Source: Glycera tridactyla (Eukaryota). Taken from it: a DNA stretch of 64,000 nucleotides. Below, piece after piece: positions 1 through 9,870 of this stretch (the first letter of the stretch is position 1; every line of letters starts with the position of its first letter). Location: the NCBI GenBank assembly GCA_965644265.1, contig OZ286463.1:104408001-104472000 (forward strand), given 5' to 3'. Made by a program: the position numbers and the translations under genes. A model generated the notes under the pieces. That model saw only the letters and a program-made list of their open reading frames with translations, was not told where the DNA came from and made no database searches.

Positions 1-2239
1 CAAATCTCACAGGTTAGGGAAAATATTCGCAGAGTCCACATGAATACCTCTTCAAGACGATTAGATCACTCGACTGGATAGCAGGTATAAACTGATTGAT
101 TGAAGGCTCGATCACATGTCATTGGCCAAGGTCATACCATAAATGCCAGTCACGTAGGAGCCACTTAGATGCTGCGAAGAACAGTGTGTTGTCCAGGGCA
201 AAGTCGGTGGTAGATTGAGACAACAGAACAGGCAAAGGCCGTTGTCAAATGAGACCCATGTTTTGTCACGAATATGATACGGAATATCCATGCCCTGATA
301 TCTATGAGAGGTTTTGCTGGTTTCGACAAAAAAGGAGCAGATCGGTTGTCACTTTATTCTTCCCTGGGTGATCTTATGCATGTGGTTTTCAACCTACCAG
401 ATACGCCAACACATGCTAGGACCTGCAGGAAATGATAAGATGGAGAGCGTGAATGTACACGTGATGTTGAGATGTTGTGGGCCGGACCAACAGCCACTTG
501 AGACAAGTGTCGAATCAGGATGTTGCTATGTTTCCGGTGCCAATCATGAGCTTCACCTCCATCACGACGCTAGTCTGGAACAATGTACACCACAAACCTC
601 TCAGCAATTTGGTGCAAGAGTCGTGACGGTCGGATCATTGATGGGGTCTGCGAGATAGATGGAAGTAGAGGTAAAATACATGGCTTTTTCGTGACAACTT
701 CCTGTAGCATGCAATAAGATGTCAATTGGGCCACTCTCGCAGACCCCCAAATTGTGCCACTCACATATCCTCTGTCACCCACTCCTTAGTTTCTCACATT
801 CATCATCATTCTTAAGAGTGGGATCACGTCATCAATGCTGCTATCACAACAGGAAGTGATTCTTTCATCACGCACCCCTCTACTACCAGCACCACCACAT
901 CATCGACTACAATAGCACCAGCACCACTAGTAACATCACCACGAACATCACCGTCAACAACAACATCACTAAACATCCTCCACCTTTCTCTATCAACCTA
1001 ACGTGCAGCATTCAATAACACACCCAAAGCTCATCGTCTATCGAAGATTCTAATTCTTTATGTGCATGAAAGGCTTGGATTGGGCGATTATCATCACATG
1101 AGTGTTGATGAAACATATTGTGAAAAATCAAAGTTGCTCAGGATTGATCTTTGTGATAGTCATATAAATGAAATGACACAGAGAAAGATTCGGAGCAACT
1201 TGTAAATTTATGCGGTGTGTAATCATTACCGTGATGTTAATCTGGGTGCATATTGGACCCAAAGAAACGCCACTTTGACAGCGGGAACTAATGTGATATT
1301 TCAACCAACCTATAGGATTCCCCTTATTGTTCAACTGTCCACCTTGTGAGCAGGTGCTCATTTCGCATATATTCAGTCAAATTACAAAGTGATACTTTCA
1401 ACCAACGTGATTCTGAGAACACTTCGAATGGCATCACCCGTTTTTCGGATAGTGCTCTTGTTGCTGCAGTTGCTCATCATGCGTATGTTCAGCTCATAAC
1501 ATCATCTCATCGCATCGTTACTAACTGGGAATTAGGCATTAAACTCTGAAGAAATGTTATTCTCATCACTAGCAGCCAACCACATATGTGTCCCTTCCTT
1601 TACTTGATGCCATCCCTGAAAGTGTCCACTCATCGTTGTCTCTTGTTAGCAGTTTGAAGGAACAAAGTAAAGAAATCAGCAACATTTTGACTGCTGTTTC
1701 CATACAATGTTCACCGGACCACCAAGGTTTGTGACAGGGGGACATAACGGCAGGGGCTCCCGCTACGTGCACATAACATTTCTCCTCAAGATCATACCAT
1801 TTTCTTTCCACTTAGGAACCGAATTGGACGAGTATCGGATGCTTTCCTCACCATTCATCAGGCCCAAGACAAAATGATTTGCTCAGTAGATCTTCCGAGG
1901 TTTCCATGGTGTGCTGAGAGGACGGTCTCAAACATTGTCTAAGCACAGACAACTCATCAAGCCTTTATGCACCATCTTTTCCTGTAGCTCATCTGAACCA
2001 CTGCACTTGTCTTTCCTGGACCGACAAATTGTGTAACTATGGGGTATAGCCTCGAGTGATCCCTTCTCAATATTTATTACAAGGGCGTTGCACATCAATG
2101 GGCTAACATGGCGATGATTCAATAGCAACCAACCTCCGGTTTGTGGCATACCACATGTTTGAGCATGCGCGGACTGAGATAGACGTGTCTCGGCTCGGGG
2201 GTTAAAATTCCGCAATTTTAGCCACATTCATGGAGTATT

Positions 2240-4400
2240 ATGGCGACTAAGGCGGTACAAAAGGGGAAGAATACACCAGTGAACAAGGACGGACCAAAGC
2301 TGGACTCAAAAAGAACATCTGAGAAGACTATCGGCAGAAAAACGAGGGCAACTTCAAAACTCGAGTCGTCATGCCTGGCTGACCTGGAAGGTAGATCGCC
2401 CATCGTGCTACCCAGCGTTGAAATGACAGCCAGCATAACTGACCCCAACATAAACATAAACAATATGACAGATCCTGTCGCCGGGAATCAAGGACTAGAT
2501 GAGGTATGTGAGGACTCAAATATTAGTGCTGACTCGATCGCGATCGGTGAATCCCAGTCTGAAATAGGGGAAAAGAGTGCCACTTCAAACAAGACATTAG
2601 GTTCTGACATCGGAGACGATGATATTGCCGGTGACCATAACCTAGATGTGCAGTCAAATGTATCGAGTGATTACCACGCATTGCAGAGGGATCACACTTG
2701 GGAGGGCACCTTTCATCCATCCTCAGGGGAGCCCACAACTGTTCAATCGATGTCAGTATCACCAAGAGATCCCAGGCAGGACGGAGTATGCCTAAATAGT
2801 GAAATAGTCGCTGACCTACCAGATGCGACCACAGTTGAGGCTCTGATGCACAACGATCCGATGCACACGTCAACCCAACGTGACACTGATAGCACACTAA
2901 CATCAGGGCTTGCTGATCCACAATCAACTTTCTCACCCATTGTATCAGGCGACATTGCTGTGAAAAAATGCCGACAATGATAGTGTAAATGAATATGATG
3001 AGAAAATTGAGAGCATCGTCGAGGAGAGTGCAAACGAAATGGATCTTCAAGACCCAGGAGTGATCAAAGAATTAATTGCTGATAGCCTAAAGAAATTGGT
3101 AAAGTCTCCTATCTTCGAGAAGACTATGGGAAACATGGTCAAACAGAAGTTAGCAGAGGAAATTGTACCACACAACTCGAATAAGGAAGTGGTAAAATCT
3201 CTAGCTAAGGAGGTCTGTGTCGACTACGTTGACTCAGTTGTGCCTGATATGGTAGAATTCCGGGTAGCTACCGCTAATACAGAAACAGACCAAAAAATCG
3301 AGGACATCCAAGAATCAATGGGAGATTCAATAGTGCGCATCTGTGAATCTCATCTCAATAACTATGTCCTACCATTAGTTACTGCTAATATGCAAGATTT
3401 TAAAGTATCCTGGCAGAATGATGTCGAGAACTACGTGGAGGAAACAATTACAACGTCCCGAACCGATGATGATGAGGCCTACGATACAGTCCTGCGATAC
3501 ATCGATGGTATGACTAAAATAATCGACTCTCATGAAGCCATGTTGAAAGTTCATGAAACTAGGTTCAAGGACAGCAACAGACAGATTAAAGATCTCATGG
3601 AATGCATCAAATCGAAACTGGCGTCTCGAGACATAAGTACATCTGCTGATCCCATGACCATTGAGAAACTAAACGAGCTTATGACAGAGCTGCATTCACT
3701 ATCCAATAGATTATCAGCGACAGAAAAAGATGTTGACTTTCTTCAAAAAGCAGATAGACTTAACATCTTAATTGTAGACGGGTTGCCATACGTAAAAGAG
3801 GAATCTCTGACACAGCAATCACTAAAGATCATCAATAAACGTACGGGTCTGGATCTTGTCAGGGAGGACATCGTACAAATTGCCAGATTTGGACCACCCA
3901 ACAAGGATGGCAAGCCGCGACCAACGAAAATCAGGTTTGCTCATGGAAACTTCCGGAAAGAGATCTTGATTCGGAATGACAAGAAAGATAAATCTGGTAT
4001 CTTCTTCAGAGAGCAACTCACTCCCAGAGAGAATCTGATATTCCTGAAGGCAAGGGAAGAAAGGGCCAAGGGCAAGTTGAAAAGTGTCTGGACTCGTGAT
4101 GGTAAGGTGTTCGGCTCGAAAGGCAGCGACAATGAGAGAATTGCTCTTTTCTCCATGGAGCGATTGTCTGACATATGTGCCCACACACAGATTTCTGATG
4201 GTGAAAATTCCAAGACATGAGGGAATCCCAAACCTGGAGGAGGGAAGGGACCCCGTAGAGATCGTGGAAGGGGCAGAGGCAGGGGTAGAGACACGGATAA
4301 ATCCATGTCTAGACAACGTCCTGGTCAGCAGGAGATCCCAGACAAAGAGGGCAGCGTAAGTGGGGAGGATGATCAATTAAATAAAAATAAATCTAATTAA
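2240..4400 (+). pseudogene. LINE ORF1-like (gag-like) protein, ~719 aa when reconstructed: basic N-terminus, acidic disordered linker, coiled coil, L1-type RRM + CTD, RG-rich tail. One +1 frameshift (A6 at 2963-2968) and one in-frame TGA (4218-4220)
   Basis: ORF 3039-4220 carries DFLQKADRLNILIVDGLP, DIVQIARFG...PRPTKIRF and GIFFREQLTP...KSVWTRDGKVF, matching the RRM/CTD pattern of L1/CR1/L2 ORF1p (Transposase_22-like). Removing one A from the A6 run joins ORF 2240-2980 to this frame (VK-NADNDSVNEYDEKIESIVEESANE-MDLQ). Past the TGA the frame stays open: GNPKPGGGKGPRRDRGRGRGRGRD to TAA 4398-4400. Confidence 0.8.
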
Positions 4401-5024
4401 TCAAAATTCAAAGATAGCGGAATGTTGAAAGACTGGCTCGCCAAATATAAACTGTCACGCGAACAAGATTCGACTACTGCCCCGGCATGTGAAACGCCAT
4501 CTAGCGAAAAATCGGTCACGTTAGGCGACAATACGCCTGCAGAGGGAGTATCGGATTCTCGGACTCTCGCGCATGCATTTCAACACCCGAAGCGATTTTT
4601 CACAGCAAAACACATCCGGAAGAGCGCTGACAACGAAATTTTATTGTCAAATGGTTTCAACCAACTTGCATCCTAACAGCTCGTCATGAATCAATTAAAA
4701 CAAGTCGCGAACATGAAGTTGTTGTCGCACGACCCAACAGCAATCTCTGAGGTCAGTATCCTAACTCCTTTTCTGTCAGTGTTCTTTGTCAACACGCGCC
4801 CCCTGACCGTACCCGCCAATTGGGAATACCCCTCCGTGATGACGACTAACTCGGGATTCCCATGTAATCATCAGTCGCCAAGTGTCGTTTTGAAATTTGA
4901 ATACAAGAATCCAAACTATGATACACCTTCCCGTTAACTTATCATGATAACTGCGCATTCTGTACTCTGTGATTGGTAAATCCTATGCCATAATGCATCC
5001 GATCTCTTTCTTTTATGTCAACAG
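4356..5024 (+). other. Candidate intron (donor GTAAGT at 4356; alternative donor GTCAGT at 4752; acceptor TCTCTTTCTTTTATGTCAACAG ending 5024)
   Basis: Both donors fall at codon boundaries of the shared frame, and 5025 begins a codon of the SGNH frame. Splicing removes the intervening in-frame stops. Predicted from sequence motifs only. Confidence 0.45.
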
Positions 5025-5081
5025 ACCACACGTCAAGAGCAGTCACGTGAAGCGACCATCAGACTTGACGTTCCTGAACAC

Positions 5082-6074
5082 ATGTGCCCAGTATATCGCA
5101 GACGTTTGAAACTTGAAGTCGTTGGTGAACCCGATGTACTGGTGATAGGATCCAGCCACGTGAACCGACTGCGTAGAAATATCAAACATTTGGCAAGTCA
5201 ACGTCAACGTAATTTCTTGACCCAGTGGAGATTCTTTGGAATTGGAGGGGCAAAGTGGTCCACATTTCCAGCAGAACTCCAGGGTAACTTCATAAAGCCA
5301 CCGCAAGCAAGAATTAACATCAGAAAGATCCGGAATGGGAACACCCTCCGCAAGATACGTAAAGCAGATATCAACTTTCATATCATTGTAATCATTCTGG
5401 GCTCTAACGATGTTGGGGATTTTGATGAAACACTACCAAGTACTACCAATCGGGACCCCCGTATTGAAGCCAGGAATGCTGCTTGGTTGCAATATGATTT
5501 TCTTCACAATATATTTGTAAAGATAAGGGATACTATTTCGACAATCAGGGGACTTTTCCCGAATTCTCAGTTGTTCTATGTACCCATAATTTGGAGGCCG
5601 GATTGGCAAGAATCTTCAAGAAACGTTGCGGTCAGCATCGATACTTTCATTACAAATGAATGCAATATAATGAGTCCAAACACTATTTCGTTCATTTATA
5701 CCCAACGATTGTACAAAATCATGCAAAATAGGGTCAACCGGTCAGTAGCACTACATGTGAAGCCAAAGTCCACACGCCATGAACCAAGAGCATATGGCCA
5801 CATTATCCCGGGGTTTCTGTCATTTGATGGGATCCACCTGAACGATAAAGGGTATCAAGCTCTGGGCTTAGAATTGCTAGGTGCCCCTTTAGACTATTGG
5901 GTGAAGCACAATGAGAGTTTGATTGAGGTTCTCTCCAGACAAATACCATCCAATTCCTGGATGGCACGGAAGCGTAGAGCCAATGCTGCCACCAAATATG
6001 AAGAGAAGAAAGCTATTGTGGAAATTCTCTCGGAGATCTGTGTGGAGGGCACTGTACCAGTAATGTCATCCTAA
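5082..6074 (+). CDS. SGNH/GDSL-family hydrolase (esterase), 330 aa from the first in-frame ATG; the frame is open from 4980
   Basis: All four SGNH blocks in order: LVIGSSH (block I Ser), GIGGAKW (block II Gly), LGSND (block III Asn), DGIH (block V Asp/His). Uninterrupted ORF. Confidence 0.88.
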   Translation: MCPVYRRRLKLEVVGEPDVLVIGSSHVNRLRRNIKHLASQRQRNFLTQWRFFGIGGAKWSTFPAELQGNFIKPPQARINIRKIRNGNTLRKIRKADINFHIIVIILGSNDVGDFDETLPSTTNRDPRIEARNAAWLQYDFLHNIFVKIRDTISTIRGLFPNSQLFYVPIIWRPDWQESSRNVAVSIDTFITNECNIMSPNTISFIYTQRLYKIMQNRVNRSVALHVKPKSTRHEPRAYGHIIPGFLSFDGIHLNDKGYQALGLELLGAPLDYWVKHNESLIEVLSRQIPSNSWMARKRRANAATKYEEKKAIVEILSEICVEGTVPVMSS

Positions 6075-6480
6075 GATTTCTGTCTACTGGATGACACACT
6101 CCATGTAATATCATGTTAGAATACAGCCAATATCTCATCTGTTACAACAGAATGAATGGGAATCGGGGAGAATTGTAATTATGTTATCTATGTTGTATGT
6201 TTATGTTAATTTGCTACAAGGTCCACGTCAGGAAGTGAATTGAAACTACCTTATAACTAGTCTGAATTTCTGTTACCAGGATGGAGCATAACTCTCCCAT
6301 ATTATGAAGGTGTCATGTGGGCATATGACATTCGGTGACTGCCGGACCCCTCCTGCATCTGTAATGTTACGTATGTATCGGAGAAATGTTGCTCAGTGAT
6401 CCAGCTACCTACAAGTAAATGACCACCAACGAGTAAATTGCAATCTATAGGCGCGGATATGACATTAGGTCCAATCTGTC

Positions 6481-7946
6481 CTGATGGTAAGTGTGGTAAT
6501 ACCCACTCACTCAAAGGCTGATGGACTCAAATCTAATCTGCCCTACTTTATTGGGAACTTATATCGAACTGGATCACTCAAAAATGGATATCAGTACCAT
6601 ATGTACTTGACGGAAAGTGAGGGACTCCCCACTCATTCCAAAGACATCTGGGCAGATAAATATTTCCGGAAGCAACATCAAATCCGATAGCCCGCAGGAC
6701 TGTGAAACCAATCTGTTGCTGGTGAGATGATTTGCCCACTGTTTTTCATCAATCCTATGGTCCCGTTTCACTATCACTTGCAATGATTAGTTCACTCTTC
6801 ATGTAACATTAGAATTGACATTATGTCACCACATCGTATGGTGGTACCATATGGAAAAATTTTGATTAATTTTGAGTATCATTATTATTCCGATTATTGA
6901 TGATCAGACATGATGTATGGGAACCGGATAGTGTAATCTAGGATCACTCATTGTAACCTGCATTCGTTTTGTTTTCAATTGCTTTAATAATATCTCATAT
7001 TATTTTATTCTGAGAATCATTCAACACCAGAGATGATCGGGTAATTATGGACCGGGTCTAAATTGCTGTGTGTTGCAACAGTTTTTGTTTTCATCTTTGA
7101 TCTGGTTGAACTTCACAATAGCTTTAAATTCTTAGGCGGAGCTGATTGCAATTGTCACATGATTATTCTAACACTACAAGTGAATTGGAAAGTGGGATCT
7201 AGGTTCACTGACTGCAATCTACAGCTGATCAGGCTCCGACTTCGTTTCATTAGTTTCATTAGTTTTCATACTATTTCCAGATACTGTCTGAGTGGCAGCT
7301 GTTTCGGTTCTGTTCATTATTTACTTGTTTTATTTATCATGTATTCCTGGTCGGATCTTTTCATTTGCGTTTGTTCAATACTGAATTGTATAACACGGCA
7401 TACATTATAACGAGATAAAAACATATTGCTCAGAATGCAATAGACGAATGTTTACTTGAAAATCTCTTAGCAGTGGACAAAATTACTGTTCACCATTTAT
7501 GTAAATCCAAGGTGTATGGTTAGCTGGGTATTTTGGTTTTGCCTTGATTCTTGATTTGACTGTGACTTCTATTCTTGATTTTATTCCAATTTTCGATGAT
7601 CTCTTGGAACCCTGTAATTGTAAAGTCATGAATGCAGATCCAGCTATATCCATCTTGCCTTCCTCAAATGTGGTAAAAAGGTGGTAAAAATGGTAACTAT
7701 CATACTATTTCTGGTAGCCAGCAACACAATCCAGTATTGTTGCCATGTCCAAACTCCCATCTGATACAACTTACTATTCACAGGAAATAGCTGATTCAAC
7801 TTGATAGACATATCCCAATCATACATATTATGATGCTAAAGCTTGAACTAAGGGCACAAGTCTATTGTGAATTCTCTATGATCTGACCTTCAAATGCCAG
7901 TCAGTACTGATGGAATTGTGGGATTACCCACTCACTCATAAGGCTG
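6481..7946 (+). repeat. Pair of 40-bp direct repeats (6481-6520 and 7907-7946) downstream of the SGNH ORF
   Basis: CTGATGGTAAGTGTGGTAATACCCACTCACTCAAAGGCTG vs CTGATGGAATTGTGGGATTACCCACTCACTCATAAGGCTG; 36 of 41 aligned columns identical. Confidence 0.7.
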
Positions 7947-8759
7947 TCACTGGCCCAGGAGGGACAGGGTGGGATTAAATGATAGCAAGAGGTACTATTT
8001 GTGATTATACCCCCCAACTAGCACGTCAAATTTTACTAATTTATTACTGTACCATCTGTGTAGGGCAAATTTATTTGCTCACTCTTCCATTGTACGCGTG
8101 GTCTTTGGCTATGGCATAAAAACCTGATTATCCCATGAATGTTGCATGCTCATGCCCGATGTACTACCGTTATGGCACCATTTCGTCTATATTTGATAAA
8201 GGCATGCTCACGCATCTAGAAAAGTGAAATACTTTGGCCCATGCGGAATTCATAGTTGGGCTAGAGCACCCAGTCAACTGATACGTTTCGCTGAATTAAA
8301 AACATGATTTAAATGATGGTGGGTGGAATAATTTTTAGTGGGATGTCTCTGATCTGATAGCAGATGAATCTGGCCGATCAGGTGCAAATCGTCAAATCAC
8401 CTTGGAAACAAACATCACCTGAAATTCAGTGAATATTGAACATGTTGCGTGGATATGAAATATCAAATCTCAGTCAGCGTGCTGGGGTGAATGACAGAAT
8501 GTGAGAGAATATTTTTCACTCAAACAAATCGAATCATTATATTTTCTATGATTACAAGATACCAGATGTATGATTGGAATTTCTGCTGATGTGATACTTT
8601 GAGAACATTATTAGGTATCACATGTGAAATTGAAGTAAATGCATTTCAAGGAAAATGCGCATAGGCTCTTATTGTTCACTCTTTTCAACCTCACGGTCCA
8701 AGCAATTTCACCAGGTCTCGTTTCATGAGGTGACTTTCTGAGACCCTATATATTTGATC

Positions 8760-9870
8760 GATCCAAACGGCAGGTATTAACCTAAAGAATGGAGTATGTC
8801 ATGTGTTCCTCATCTATGGAAACTGTATGCTCTGTCCGATCTAGGTATCACTCACAATTTCTCAACACAAGATGATAGGGATTGAGGAAACATAAACTCA
8901 GGAATCCTACCGGTGGTATATTGACCTCAGCAAAAGGAAAATCGTGAATTGTCTTTTTCAGAGGGTCAAGTCAGTCTTAGATTCGTATATTTGGGGATCG
9001 GATATGCAAATAAACTGGCTGTGGTCACATACAGATCCTACCGGGGGTTTTGCGTTAATCTAATCTCGATTGTGGCAGCGAGAACGAAACTCCCACCTGT
9101 AATATTCTGGCCTCTCGAATCATAACTCTTTATTGGATCTTGCTTTGTCCGAGAATGATCAGTTAAATGCCTGGCGTATGCTGTGATATTGTGGATTTAG
9201 TGAATAATTGGTCACATTCCCCAGCATACTATATCACGAGGGCGGTTTCCATAGCATGCTAGAGATATGGTAGATTGTGGATTGGCCATCATGATGTCTG
9301 TAGACAAATACCGGACGAAGACGTTTGAAGGCTTTCAATCTCACATATTCACATAGATAAAGGTGGATTACACGGAAGGAGAACAAACCAGTATTCAGAC
9401 TACCAGTATCTGTGACCGTTTGCTGGTGTGTCCCAAGGCGATCCATTTCACTCAAATCTTCTAGTGATGACAATATACAAAACACATATCGAGCAGCCTG
9501 AACAAAAAACTACCCAGCACTGCGAGTCGGACCAAGGTAGCACGAGGTAGCGTCATGTTGCGTCAAAGGATACATGTTGGACACTATCACGAAATAGGTT
9601 GGACTAAGGCTTGTCTCCAGAACAGTGCACATAGAGGCCGGATATATCTGACCTAGTGGAAAGAGAGCTGGTGGATGATTCCAATGTTCACCGGTTGACA
9701 CAGACGGTCCGGAGAAAGGATTGCATGGGCGTCACAATATAGCACATAGCTCTGAGGTGACATGGGACCAGAACTAACCAACCAACTAGGCCAGTGCTAT
9801 ATACCGAAAATCAAATGGGACCATCAGGACTTTTAGGTGAGTTCAGTCTCAGATTCACAACCGGTCAATA
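8760..9870 (+). mobile_element. Heavily decayed L1/Tx1-like ORF2 3' region (post-RT and zinc-finger part)
   Basis: One frame with scattered stops shows motifs in L1/Tx1 order: IQTAGI (~KYLGI), LTISQHKMIG, SYIWGSDMQINWLWSHTDPTGGFAL (~FIW...GGL), AFNLTYSHR (~FQFKILHR), VCWC plus TQIF** (~CxxC...HxFxxC). Confidence 0.4.

Noticed and set aside
2504-2948. GTATGT donor / ATCAG acceptor as a way to bypass the ORF1 frameshift
   Set aside because: Splicing lands in a frame that hits TGA at 2961, so it does not join the ORFs.
2523-4376. Antisense ORFs 2523-3050, 3822-4376 and 3941-4306
   Set aside because: Shadows of the plus-strand ORF1-like gene with no recognisable motifs.
9425-9450. GVSQGDP, resembling RT motif GVRQGDP
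   Set aside because: No flanking RT motifs at correct spacing; the region fits better as the zinc-finger tail of an L1/Tx1 ORF2 in another frame.
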